This document shows, piece by piece, positions 38,291-52,024 of a stretch of DNA of 64,000 nt (the stretch's first letter is position 1; every line of letters starts with the position of its first letter). Origin of the DNA: Haliotis rufescens (Eukaryota); assembly GCF_023055435.1 (NCBI RefSeq), contig NW_025964372.1, positions 6,758,001-6,822,000 of the forward strand. The letters are read 5' to 3'. The notes under the pieces were generated by a model. It made no database searches and had not been told where the DNA came from. It worked only from the letters and a program-made list of their open reading frames with translations. The position numbers were made by a program, and so were the translations under genes.

Positions 38291-40255
38291 CTGCAAAGGA
38301 GAAAAATAACGTATATATAAATATTACCACTTCATCAAATCTAGTCGTATTCTCTAACGCCATTTCACTCTGGTTATTCAAATAATACTCAAGTCTGACA
38401 AGGCAAGTTCCCACAGAATAGTAATAATGTATTCTGACAAGGCAAGTCCCCACAGAATAGTAACAATGTATCTGTTTAGTTTGGTATAAGGCAGATTCTG
38501 GGGCACGAATGGCCCATTTGTCTCAGGTTGAGATTGGCTCTGCAGAGTTCTATACCCTTGGCACCAGAAACCTATGATCGTGGGGTCGAATTCCGGTTCG
38601 CCTCGATTTTGTTTCCAGGTTTATTAGCACCATAACCGTGCTCTTGGATTTCACCAAAGTGGTAAATGTCTGAGACCTGCACCTAACTCACTCACCATCT
38701 CAGTTACTGACCTGACATGAATATTTCAGGGCTATTTTCACAACTGTTACGAACGGATAACTTAGAAATTACATGTAATTTATTAATAACAACATTTTTT
38801 GATGATTTTAGCCGTTGGTCAATCCTATAATGAAAAAGGAAATAAATTCATGGGTCCTTGATGCAAAACTGAAATGGTGGCTGAAATGAAACAAAGAAGA
38901 AATGGTTATCGCTGGTGACGTATTTGATACGGGTATCATAGTTGTGGCCTGGATCTTAAGGCTGCAGTATTTTTGCGACTGTTTTCAGCCAAGTAACGTT
39001 TTCAAAACGTTCGCAATTTGTTTTGTCACATCCAGTTTTCAAGTGTATACTTTCTTTTACGGGGAATTGAGTTTTTAAGCGTAATGGAGTAAACAGCTGT
39101 CAAAGGCAATAGCTACTGAATCATAGTCATGCATTTATTTATTATTTCTGCATCCATATCCAAGACGTGAAAATTTGTTACTATCTAAAAACTACACATA
39201 AGACCAAGTTTTAATGATGGCATTATCAGCAAAAACACCAGTGCGGTTGAAGTTTTTAAAGAAACAAGGACGGATTTGAATTGCTGAATCATATGAATAT
39301 GCTAAATAAACACATATAAACATGTGTTTCTTTCCAATGAGAAACATTACAACATTGACCGCATGGTTAGTCTGCTCCCTTCTAGGAAAAAATGTACCGG
39401 AACTAGCTACATACACTGAAAAACTGCGGAAACTCTCAACACCTTGCTGACGTTGTACGTCATTGACTGTATTTTTAAATCCCAACCGCTTCTCCCTTCG
39501 GTCCAAAGCACTTTCATATCTCTTATTCTGGCCAGGTGATTCTATGGTAGTAACATCTGCACACACGACTAATTTCATAGATTGACGTTTCTATCTGCTA
39601 CAAGAACATTTGATCAGCTGACCAACATTTTCTTTAAGGCTCAGGCAGGACAAACAGGCGTCACTAAAATGGCTGTTTTGCATTTAAAAAGTGTTTCAGT
39701 CGTGTTCTTGTGGATAATTAGCTGAGAACATAATTATAGTAAACAGCATGTCTTCCATGAAAAAGATATTAACGTTTCTCCCCGGAGGATATACATCTAC
39801 ACAGCCGAGAAGCGAGTTTCCATGTTTGTCGTTGTTAGTTGCGAGGGTCATGGTCACTAACGGAGTGTACGGGATTTTACGAGATGAATACACTTGTACA
39901 CCACGAGACTGAGGGTCAAGGTGTGAACATCAGCGTTCAACGCGTTAAATGCCATACACCCTACTATTGACACACGTAACACATCTGCCAATACGAATTG
40001 ACACAATACAAAGAACTGTAATTTGCTTGTGACAATATCTATCTAATGACCGGACTGGCAGTATGCTAACAAGCAAGTGACGTCACGTCAAACGACACAT
40101 GACTTCGTGATAACCGAACGTGGCGGCCGGCCGACCTCGCCGACCTGCAGGTGTTGCATGACGTACGAAGGTACCCTATTCTGTATGTTGGTTTTGAGAT
40201 CGGGGCCTCCAGATTGTCATGTAACACATGACGGAACAGATGCCAACACACTGAG

Positions 40256-40526
40256 TGAGTGAGTTGGATTTAAGGCCGCTTTTAACAATATTCTAGTTAT
40301 ATCGCGGCGTGTCAGCTTAATTTGGGAGGAAAGCCCGAAGTGACGCAGGTCTCAGACGTTTACCACGGTGAAACCCACGAGCACGGGTATGGTGCTGACA
40401 AACCTAGAAACATAATCGGGGCGAATCGGGATTCAAACCCACAATCATAGTTTTCTGGCGTGCCCAAGGGACGCAACTCTGCACAGCGAATTGCGGCGCC
40501 TAAGACGACTGGGCCACCCGTGCCCA
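40256..40526 (-). mobile_element. Family C SINE
   Basis: 13-bp TSD CCAACACACTGAG. Confidence 0.9.
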
Positions 40527-43500
40527 CCAACACACTGAGGGTGTAAAATCGGGCTGTGCAATCGTCACCGGTTGAGCCATGCAATCCACACTCGTCTGGC
40601 TATACAATCGACACAAGTGCATAATCTCGTCCCGCAAAACGGTGACAGTCTCAGTGGTCTTGTGGTAGAGCGTCCACCCGGAGAGCGGAAGGCCGGGTTC
40701 CCCAGCCGCGTCATAGACATTAAAAGAGTGTACTTATTTATTGCATTTAGCAAGATTTCGATAAATGTTCTCACACTGTTATGAAGCTGGAGAAATTTAG
40801 TATCTGTTGTTGTTGATTAATCTTTGAGTATGACAACATATCATGTATTTATACCTCTCGTCACTGGGTTGTAGTCTCTCCAGCTTGATACCACAGGAAC
40901 TCGATGATAGCGTGTGTAGCATAATATATTCGTATAGAAAAAATCACACCCCTCTATATACATATAGACAAGGAGTGACACCCGCCATCTTGGTCCTTAT
41001 TCAAGAATTCGTACTCGGTTCGAATCACAGCGAGGGTTCGAAATATGAATGTCACTTATTTCAACCTATTGGCACCTGCTAAACAAACCATAGGCTACAC
41101 AATCGCTTTCATCTGTTGTCACCTTACCTCGTATTTATTTTAAACAACCAACAAATGTCAGCTCTACGCTGCGCTGCTGAGGTAAACAAGAAAAAGGTGG
41201 CCGGAAATTATGGCGCTTCACGGGCTTGAACTCAGCAAACGTTTGTTCTTTAACTTCATTTGAGTAGTATAGTTGTTCTCGTTGTCCGCAAGTACAGGGG
41301 TGACAGTGAAACCGCAGGTATTCAATACGGAACAGTGACTATGTTTCAAGTCCATGCTTAAAACAGCGCGAAGCTCTTGTTGCACATTTCGGCAAACTGC
41401 GTCATAGCATTCGGCTGAACACCGCGCACTTGCGCGCGTTTTCCTACCCACGGGTAGACTTGAAAGAGAACCTCCAAACCTGACAATTGGCCCGTCTGAA
41501 TGTAATTAAGCGGAACAGGCCCACAGGCCAACGTATGCTGTAAATCTAGCATCTTCTTCAGAACGCTCCCGGTAGACTGACATTGGGCCCAAGAATAAAG
41601 TTATTTTATTTAAAAGCATATATCTACAAAATATATTTTTTTATCCAAATGGAGTCCAGAACCATCTTTATATTTTTCAGCCTTGAGCTGAGGCAATCCA
41701 GACTTGCAAAACATTCTAAATTTGAGTTGGACTTTTAAACATTTATTCTCTAGAGTCTGGGAGACTCTCGGGGGGGTCTCGTTCTTTCACCCACGGTAGA
41801 TCTGAACGATAACCCCCTCACCTGACAATAGATCCCTCTGAATAATAATTAGCGGAACAGTCCAAGACTGATAGGTATGCTGTATACCCGATCGAGAGGA
41901 GCTGGAACTCCAGTAACAATTACTTACACCATGGGAATATGTACAGTGTGGGTGATGTCATTAAATACACCAGCACATCGCCGTGCATGCTAGCGACGAC
42001 GCCAGTGTCAACTGACATCACATTGTAACAACCACGTGAGTGTATAGTGCACGTGCGCCATGTGCACGTTCATGTCAACCCCTGAACCTAAATGAACTCT
42101 ACCAAGTCACGGAGATCCCCTTTTTGTCAAACTTGTCACTTCCTCGCTGTTCAAACACGCTTGTATTCACAATGTGTTTGGAACGATGCACATACAAACA
42201 GTTTACATGAACTTGGTGTAGACGTGGCCAGTGCACATTATAGCCTGTCCGTTGACGTGCACGGAGTAATTTGGGAAGTTGACATAATAAGAGTGACCTA
42301 GAAAACCTCCTTGGATATCATTTGGTCATCCAACTTAAACCCCTTGTCTGCCTCGCAGAATTACATCAGAAGAATCTTCAAAACCCAAAACCCTAACGGG
42401 TCTTAGCCTGTCTCATTGTCTCTGAACCGTATTATTCCCCTTCCGCCCAACCTTACTGTAATGCTAGAGCAAGTCTAGATTTTCCACCGGAATCTTCCAT
42501 CTCACTATGGCTCCTTTTCAATTTAACAGGAGTTGTTTGTTTCTGTCAAAATTATATATTTTCAAAGACTAAGCTTCAGTCTATCTCTTACCCTGCAGTA
42601 CCTTACTGTATGCAAAACGCTTCGTGTTGTCAATATTGATTTCCTGATTTAGCCTTATGAGATGAAAAGATATGTACTTCTTACGCGTGTGCACAATAGT
42701 TATTTACTTAGTGTACAGATACACACATATGCTTTTACAAGCGACAACCAGTTACTATAGCGATCTCGTCAGACTGTTCTTGTTATCGACGTGTTTGCGA
42801 CATGCAGAGCTATATGAAACTATCAGCGACAGCTATCGAACGAAATATGTGAATTATTTTTGAAAGAAATATACTACAAAAAAGTTCAAGAACACCCGAA
42901 TTTTTCATATGACGACAGTTAATCTGTCCTTGCTGGTGTGTATTGCAAAACACAGCCTTCCAATTATAGGTGTTCCTTTACTTGTTTTAAGTAGTATATT
43001 ACACCCTGATGTAACCCTCTCGGGATAGCGACGGGTCGTATATATCGTTCCTTGTGGGTTCATGATGTCAAAGAATAAACGCAACACATATTTTTCAAAG
43101 AAATCCCAATAGCATTTGGGTGGTTCGACAACACAGTTCGACAACACCCGGGTTCGATTCCAAAAATTGGTACAATGTTTTTCCTGTCAACCGTCATATA
43201 GTTGGAATATTACCTAATTCGGCGCAAATTCCAACTCGCTACACAATCATAGTTGCTCAACCACGAACGTTTTAAACGTTAGGGACGCTTCATACCACTA
43301 GGTAGCCTTCTTTTCTGGTAGCCTAATCACATAATCAGTGGCAGTTGCTTTCTGCAGAGTCTATTTGAACCAAGGTACCTTGGTTTGTAAGCATGACATG
43401 ATATTTGAAACTGTTCGAAGCGACGTAAAACCAAACTCGTTTACTTCGAACAGGAGGCTGAGTTGGGATAGAGTCAGTTATAATTATCACTTTTGACGTT

Positions 43501-43549
43501 CATTGAGACAAGTGAATTGTTTAACTAAGAGCAATTTTCCACAATCAAG

Positions 43550-43818
43550 GACCCGTTAAGATCCGGGGTAGAATAGGTCTTCAGCAACCCATGCTTGCCG
43601 TAAAAGGCGTCCATGCTTGTCGAAAGAGGCGACTAACGGGATCGGGTGGTCAGACATGGTTGATGCATGTCATGGTATCCCTATTGCATTGATTGTTGCT
43701 CATAATGTCAATCGATGGATTGTCTTGTCCAGACTCGATTATTTACAGACCGCTGTCACATAGCTGGAATAATGCTGAGTGCGGCGTTAAGCAACAAACA
43801 AACAAACAAACAAACAAA
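43550..43818 (+). mobile_element. Family A retroposon
   Basis: TSD CCACAATCAAGG(A) at 43539 and 43819. Confidence 0.92.
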
Positions 43819-45072
43819 CCACAATCAAGGAAAGGGCGGCAAAGCGTGACATTCGAAGCAGCAACTTGCTGGTCGGTAATACTATTAAAACACACCAATT
43901 AAAAGAGATGTCAGAAGACTATTTCTCTGTTATGTTCAGCAACTTCACTCGCGATGAGTTCACGCCAGATCCTTGATAAGATCACTTAGTTTGACAGCCA
44001 GGATGGCACCTCAGTTTCAGGCCTGGCCGTGGTTTTATAGCACGAAATAGGATCGATGAATCGAGTCGTACAGCGATACAGATGCCCTCATTTCAAATTT
44101 ATTGAAATTGATCACTCGTGTAATCGTTTTCACATATTTCATGAATTGTAAATGTGAAAGCAATCATTTCTTCCAAAAAGGTGAAATACGCTTTGTTTGT
44201 GTTAGTTCTCGGCTGAAAGGATGAGTGTTCATCTGTGAATGCGGGTTGATGATAGAATGGTAACTTAAACATCTGGTCCCGTTCCTAAAAGCGATATTCG
44301 CTATGAAACGATCGTAACTCCTGTGCTTTAACACTGACATCCGACAGTCGCGGCGCTTAGTTGGCTTTGCGAGGACCGCTTCCGTGGTCTAGTGGACAAA
44401 GCGTCTTACCCTAGTGCGGAAGGTCGGTGGTTGTATTCACGGCTGCGTCATGCCAAGACGTTAAGAGATGGCACTTTAAGTAAAAACAAAGGACTGGTTG
44501 TCGCAGTCAGTAAACTGTGTCCGAGTTGGTTTTATCATATGTTTGTTTTTCAATTGAAAAAATCTCAAGTCAGTGGAGAACATATTATATCTCCAAAATG
44601 AACTGTAACTGTAAAATATTTTTTTAAAGTATAATTTGATTTAAACCTTTCAAAAATGTAATAAAACAACATTCGCATAATACACAACTGTTGATGGGTA
44701 CCTTAGACATCGTATCTTTGAAAATCAATAAATTTGCTTTTTTTCCGCACAAATTTACATGTGGTTGCAATTGCATTTCTTATCCCAGTCTTTTTACAGA
44801 TGTTGCAGGAATGAGGTAAGGTTAAAAGACAATCCAAATTTTAAACCGTTCTTTCAATTTTCAATTGCATAAAAAACAAACTCGGTATACTTTATTCGCC
44901 AATAAGTTTAGCTGGAAAATGGAGCGTGACCTTAAAAAATCATAAAATTAGACTTCCTGCTTAACAAGCCAGTCCCTGGATGAAAGAAATAAAGAACTGT
45001 ATTGCAACATCAACGTTAAACAGTGACTGGGTCGCTCTTCAAGCCGCTGTAACCACATCCCACTTACATCAC

Positions 45073-45280
45073 ACCCGTGAAGATGTGGGTTAGAATAAGA
45101 GACGACGATTGGGATCAGGTGGTCAAGCTCGCTGACTTGGTTGATGCATGTCACCGTATCCCAATTGCGTGGATCGTTGCTTATGATATCTATCACTGGA
45201 TTGTCTGGTCCAGCTCGATTATACCGCCGTCATATAACTGGAATATTGCTGTGTGCGGCGGTAACAATAAACAAACAAAC
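45073..45280 (+). mobile_element. Family A retroposon, deleted
   Basis: Head, body and tail match the consensus. Confidence 0.85.
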
Positions 45281-45569
45281 GCATCATTACAATCAGAACA
45301 CGATCGGGCATTTCGCTGAAACTCGCATTACTCGCAGCCATTGTAAGCCGGGAAGAAATTTGACCCCTCGACATCGCTAGCACGTGACCGTCACGTGATG
45401 TAAACATCCGACAACTGTGCATGTCTTGTCAGACGGAGAAGCCTCAGAAAATCTGCTAGTGGTTTGTGGTTATGAATAACGACAGTTCACTAATACTTGT
45501 TTTAGTAAATTCAATTACCGTTTGTTGTCAGTGCTAACGCAGGTATCCACATGCTTTTGTGTAGTCACC

Positions 45570-45637
45570 CATCTTTCCGAGGCAAGGGTGTTAACTGGAC
45601 TACAAAAGTTAGTAAACTTTTTGCCTTTGGGAAGATG
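45570..45637. mobile_element. 68-bp minimal derivative of the CATCTTCCCGAGG family
   Basis: Only the two TIR ends remain, joined together. Confidence 0.65.
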
Positions 45638-46736
45638 GCAGTCACCGTCAACTGTATTTTCAAAACTACGGTTGTATACAAGTATCTTTTGATTAAATCA
45701 GGATATAAACGTCTAAATTAGTAACTATACGTATATAGAAGACCAATGATAATTAATCAGTTAACGCAAAAACACTGGCATCCGCAAGCGTGTAGAGGCG
45801 GAAGCCTGTTTTCAGTATGCCGACAAGTTACCCCGTTTCCTCCATTCATAACCGAGTCAAGACGGTTACGGAAAGGGTCGAGGTTTGCCGAATGGCATCG
45901 TAAGTGGCATCGTTAGTGAAACGACCGTTCCGCGAAGTCAACACTGACTTCTTGAAACCGAACTTAATGAATCTACGATGTTTTTGAACCCGTTAATTCC
46001 TTAAAGCACAAAAACACCTCCGCATATTATGTAGCGTTATGAACTAACGTTATCACCGCTTTCCTTAAAATCGCATAAATCACGCGAGGAAGATCGTAGT
46101 CACTTAATTATCCTCCGCCGGGCCAGTTGATTGAACTGATGCAATAAACAAACCCCTAGTGACGGGCTCGCGGGGGGTCCTATCATCCCTCATGTAATTA
46201 TCTGATAACGGGAGACGTATCTTTCACTCGCCCAACCCTACAAGATGAGGTGTCACGTGTTTGGCGCTGAGCGTGCAAAGGGCAGGCTTCTCATACGCAC
46301 TTTGATTGGCTATATTCTCCGAGGACGGTTCAGAAACAAACACATTCATCATACCAGAAACGAGTACACCCAGACGCTCGTACGTTGAAGTAGAGACGAC
46401 ATATGGACTGTTTGTGGCCCCTAGTGGTAATAAACAATGAATTGATTCAATTCTGAATCTTATGGCTGATCTTGGTGATATTCATTAGCGTTCTGTCAAA
46501 AGGGTCTCTCGGTATGATTGAATTAACAATATTATCCAGAAACTAATCCGCTTAACAGATTATTGGGAGGAATGACGTCATAATCACTCGGTTATTTATG
46601 TATGTTATCCGTCCGCTTAGGATACATACAACTAGAATATTGCTGAAAGCGGCGTAAAACAACAAACAAACTATGTAAGAGCCAGGACTCGACTGCACCA
46701 ACCAGCCTTTCAAGACAGTTCAAGCCAAACCTCACC

Positions 46737-47078
46737 GACCGCCTCCGTGGTCAAGTGGTAGAGCGTCCGCCCGAAAGAAGCAAAAGGTCCGGGTTCGATC
46801 CCCGGCCGCGTCATACCAAAAAGACATCTAAAGATGATACTTGTTGTTACCCTGTCTTAAGCTCGGCAAGACGGGGCCTAAACACGGACTTGGGCGGCTC
46901 GGAGTCAGTATACTGTGTCTGAGTGGGGTATTCACGTTAATGCTTGGAATCTCAGTGGTCTAGCACAATAAAATCAGCATTAGTCCGGACTGGTACAAGC
47001 CCCCCCCCCCCCCCACACGTGCACGCACATACAAGTGCAATAATCTTGGACGCGACGTCCAACCCTATTTCACCTCAC
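46737..47078 (+). mobile_element. Family D (Meta-like) SINE
   Basis: Colinear with 25419-25772. Partial copies lie at 44375-44560 and 40645-40720. Confidence 0.85.
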
Positions 47079-48138
47079 CAAGCCTCACCAATACGACTAG
47101 CTTTTCAGGACTTCCGACAATTTCGCTCGGACATTCCAGGCCACAACCAACCGATTATCTGTTCGGCACAACCGCATCTATCCTTTACGCTGAATACGGG
47201 TTGACTTAAAGAAGTCCTACCGTTGTGGGTGTTTCGAACCGGGACTACCGAACTCCCAACTATACACGAGCGATGTCATGATCGCTTCAAAAGGAGCTTC
47301 AATAACACACACACAGAACCACTCTTTACCTCGAACTCGTTTAACTCGAAGTGTAGTTTAAGCCCACGTAACTTTTTGATCAAGAGAGAAACATTACCGT
47401 CACTCGACGTAGATCAGGATTCCGGTTGTCTCGAATAACAGATATTCGACATCTTCGAGAAATTCGAGTTAACGATATTTCGACATATCAATTAATGTTT
47501 TCTCGGTGATTCATTTGAAGCTATTATTTGAGTCACTACCATTCCCGGCTACTGACGTGTCTAAAGTCGATTGACGTTACAAGTAGGCTATTCCTAACCA
47601 TCTTTACTGCATAACCTGGCTTGACTTTTAACAACTCGATGCTTTCCCTTTAACGCTACGCTGAGCATCACTTTCAGCAAATGAGTACGTTTTCCCGTTA
47701 CTGTGAAAATAGATTTTGTGACCCAATCAAGCTAATGTCATCGCTGGGCCGAGATTGAAGTATGTCTGTGATGTCTGTATCAATAATAGATGCAATAAAC
47801 AACACTATTGATAATCGATGTCCGACACATGTGTATGTAGATTTCACTGAAATGGACAAGACTAGTCAGGCGGCTTCATGCTGCTCTAGGCGTGACTGTG
47901 ATGAAATATACTCGCCTCCAACGTGGTAGATAGCTGTCACGATTTGTCTAAAAGAGGAATCGTGATAGATGCGGATATGTAATTATTGTTGGCGGTATCG
48001 TGTTAAGTTGTGTGAGTTAGTTTGGTTGAACGCCATTTTGAAAAATATTTCAGTTGTATCACGGCGTGTCACCTTAAAAAAGCCCGAAGTGATGCAGGCC
48101 GTAGACTTAAACGACTTTGGCGAAACAACAAGCACGGG

Positions 48139-48358
48139 TTTGTTGTTTAACGCCGCACACAGCAATATTCCAGCTATATGACGGCGGTCTGTAAATTATC
48201 GAGTCTGGACCAGACAATCAAGTGATTGAAATCATGAACATCGATCCACGCAATTTGGATACGAAAACAAGTCAGCGGGCCTGATCACCCGATCCCGTTA
48301 GTCGCCTCTTACAAGCATGGGATGCTTAAGACCTATTCTAACCCGAATTCTACCGGAT
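48139..48358 (-). mobile_element. Family A retroposon adjoining a V-SINE fragment (48012-48138)
   Basis: Consensus match. Confidence 0.85.
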
Positions 48359-50402
48359 GTTTTAGGATGTATGTCAATTTAGTTACAGGCAACAAAGATA
48401 CAATGTAACAGTTGCACAGATAACACGAATAATAATTACGTCAATATCTAGGCTGGTGATATCTAGCCAGCACGTACAGCAATATTCCTGTATTGACCGT
48501 CGACCAACCTATGCCAGTACATCGTCATCATGGAGTATTGATGCGTCAACATCTGTCACGCGCAAGGGGCGACCTCGGATCAACGCAAGGCTCGTTCAAT
48601 AATGCATACACACCCATATTCATGTTACCGCACCTCCAGACGTCAAATAACTAGGTCATATCCACTACGTGTCCAAAATAAGATAATGCTACATTAGTAT
48701 CATAATCACGCGCGGATATTCGTTCGTGGAATTTCATGAATGATTGATATTCATCTTATTCCCTAATAATCTAAAAAGAATTTATTTATGAAGTTATTAT
48801 ATTGATAAATATGTCATTATAAACTCATCAGGCATTATTGCGAAGGTTTGTTTAAAAAACACGCATATAAAATGTTTTTAATTTGTAGATTTGAAGGAGA
48901 AAAAATGATATATCTTTAATAGTCGAGAAGTTGAATAAAGTGTATTGTAGGGGAATATTTACAATTTAATATATAATATATTTATGAGATTCAAATGAGA
49001 AAAAATAATATACATCTTTGATAGTCGAGAAACTGAATAAAGCTGAATAAAGCGTATTGAAGGGGAATATTTACAATTTAATATATAACATATTAATGAA
49101 TAGAGTGTGAATTTCTCAACGGTGCCCATTAAACATCTGCAATCTCGAATGTACCGTTTAGCTCGAATATAACGTCATGCAAACGGTAATCACAGAACTG
49201 AAGCTTCCACATATGCATTGGCCCAGTGGTAATCTTATTGACTGATCGTACAGGCCGTGTTCGATTCCCCAAAAGGACACAGTAATTATGTCATGAACAA
49301 AACGCGGACTACGTTTAAATCCAACACATCGAACAAACCAATAATGCTGAGATAACGAGATCACATATCGAGACAGCTATGGCCTATCTCGTGTATTCGA
49401 GCGAGGGAACTGAGTTTGAAACAATTTAAAAACGCCTTGATTCGATTAGAATTTCTCCTATTTGATTATGCAGCCGATGCATTGACAGATGAAACCCTTA
49501 ACCCATCTGACAATCCGTCAATAAAACCTGTTATACGACTTACCCACCAGATCTCAACTAAGACATTTTCTTCAGATAAAAAAAGACAATTCTAAGTAAG
49601 TTAGGGAGACTGCCAGTGCTCTACTTACATGCGTTTAAATTGGGACGCTCCATGTCGCCTATACTCGTCCTCAAACGAGGCACATGCCCTCAGAGTAGAA
49701 ATAATTCGATTTGGAATTCTAAACAGTTGTTCTACTTCAAAAGAGAAAATCGATACTAGCATCAAATAGTCTTTGTGACGAAGTCACGCTGACGTATAAA
49801 TTCCTTCGAGCCAAGAAGAAAATTCTAATTTCGGACTTTCAATGACGATAGGCGGACGTTTTGTTTGAACCGGAAGCCATGCTTCTGGGAGTTATGTGGT
49901 TTTTGAAAATAAGCATTTGCTGTAAAAGATGGTGTTTTTGTATAACATAGGACTTTCTTTCGACTTTAAATTTTAGGGGCACACAAGAGGTTGCAAGTCA
50001 GTGAAGAGTTATTTCACAAATACTTTTAGAGCTATTCAATGTTTATTGCAATATATGTTTTTTGTGTTTAACGGATCCGCTCTAACGACTTCTAGCGCGA
50101 TTGATTTTTCATTATTTGTATTGAGCGGTTTAAATGAAAATGTCCATATGTTTCACTAACGATTGATTTACCTACCAACTTTCGATATCACTCTTTCTCT
50201 CGGCATAAGGTGATTAACGACATTCTTAACAGTACATCAGGTCATCAAAACACAATGTGTGGGGAGAATTGTCGCTGTAGGTGGTGCCCATCTTCTTTTT
50301 GCATCTACATTACGTGCCAACCTGTACTCATCTTCCCGTGGCAAGGTGTCCACTAGCCTATCAAAGTCTGCATCCTTGCCATTTCATGCCAACTTTCCTT
50401 AC

Positions 50403-50418
50403 CTCGGCCGTCGGCCAT
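50403..50418 (-). CDS. GLIPR2: GAPR-1/GLIPR2-like CAP protein, candidate first coding exon (MADGR)
   Basis: ATG GCC GAC GGC CGA G|gtaagg is a strong phase-1 donor matching the phase-1 acceptor at 38290. It gives a 155-aa protein, close to the 154 aa of GAPR-1. Confidence 0.65.
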
Positions 50419-50668
50419 CGCATGTAGAAGACGAGTTGTGTCCCTTGTGATGAAAACGCGATATCCAATCAGATCGCTGTTCTTATTTCAAATGACTTCA
50501 TAAAGGCGACCACCATAGCACACGACCTGGTCAATCAGATAACGAAAGGTTTTGACATTTCATCGCTGACAGACAAACAGAATGACAGATTACCACAGTA
50601 AAGATACTTATTACTGCCGCATTACGCCCTCACAAGAACATAGGCATACAGATTAGAGCGATTACACA

Positions 50669-50925
50669 ACCCGCGAAGATCCGGGGTAGAATAGGTCTTC
50701 AGCAACCCGTGCTTGTCGTAAGAGGCAACTGTGCTTGTCGTAAGAGGCGAATAAAGGGATCGGGTGGTCAGGTTCGCTGACTTGGTTGATGCATGTCATC
50801 ACCTCCCAACTGCGAGGATCGATGTTTATCTTATCAATGACTGGATTGTCTGGTCCAGAGCCGTTTATTTACAGACCGCCGTCATGTAGCTGGAATATTG
50901 CTGTGTGCGGCGTTTTAACAAACAA
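50669..50925 (+). mobile_element. Family A retroposon just upstream of the GLIPR2-like first exon
   Basis: Full-length match to the family consensus. Confidence 0.9.
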
Positions 50926-52024
50926 AGTGAGACAAACGCTGACTGTCACTGCGACAAGCGTTCAGTCCTTTGGGTAAAACCCCCCAATGATTTTGCACTT
51001 AAATATATGAAAGTACTCGAGAGAGTTCATTGAAAACTTTGAACCACTTCAAAAATATTTGTCTTAATTGCTTAATTGTTGGAATAATTTCACCGCAAAT
51101 CGACAGAGTGACATGTTCGGAACACAAAAGGTTTATTTTGTAAAACGTTCTCTGAAGATGGACTGTCGATGTGTGCGATAGTCCACTCTTGTTTTAGCAC
51201 AAAAAGGAAGGGCTGGAAAGGCAAAGGTGTAAGCTAGGCTAGATATAGGCTGGTGGACACGCTTGCCGTGGGAACATGATCTGTACCTTTATCATGTCTT
51301 ATAATTGGGTAGTATAACAACAGCAACGTTATAACATCAATCATCATCATCATCATCATCATTATCATTATTATTATTATAGATTTGTCGTCCCCCTCCA
51401 CCCAAAAGGCATCGGCAGCAGCTCTTAGCACACGTCACAGAAATGATCTCTTTATGGCCGTTGTCGTGTTTGTCTATTTCTTCAGCTGACCAATCATCAT
51501 ATTTATGATCTCAGTCAAAGAGCTACACTTCCTGATAGTTAGGCCACATGTTGTTTTCTTGTTTCATCGTCTAGCGATCAAAATAATCGGATTTCTATTC
51601 AGATGTTAGCATGCTAGATTCGGATCCGTTGTCAGCATTTTTTCGTTTTATTTATTTTTCCGAAGTTGCACTTTTTGATGTAACCCGCTGTGATGACCAA
51701 AAATACCTTTCGTGACTTTGCAATGTTTTGCAGAGGAGGGACCTTCTTGTGCAACTGTGAATTTAGGTTGGAGGGAAATAGAAACGGCAAAAAAATAACT
51801 AAAAATTGACCTTCCCATTATATTTTAAGTGAGGAGAAACAATATTTTATGTTTTGTTAGAAAACGGCTTGATTGCTTGCCATCTCTTGGTGAGGCAGCG
51901 TACTATATGTCCATTTTATTATGATAAAACACCATGGACTCGTTGTCGTACGTTTGTTTTGGATGTGACCTTGCCCTGTCTTTCTTTTTCACCAATTACA
52001 TTACAATTAGAGCTCATCTCACGC

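Noticed and set aside
39443-39556. Extra in-frame exon of the CAP gene (DVTTIESPG...)
   Set aside because: It is phase-compatible, but the donor is weak, there is no CAP homology, and the 4-exon model already has GAPR-1 length.
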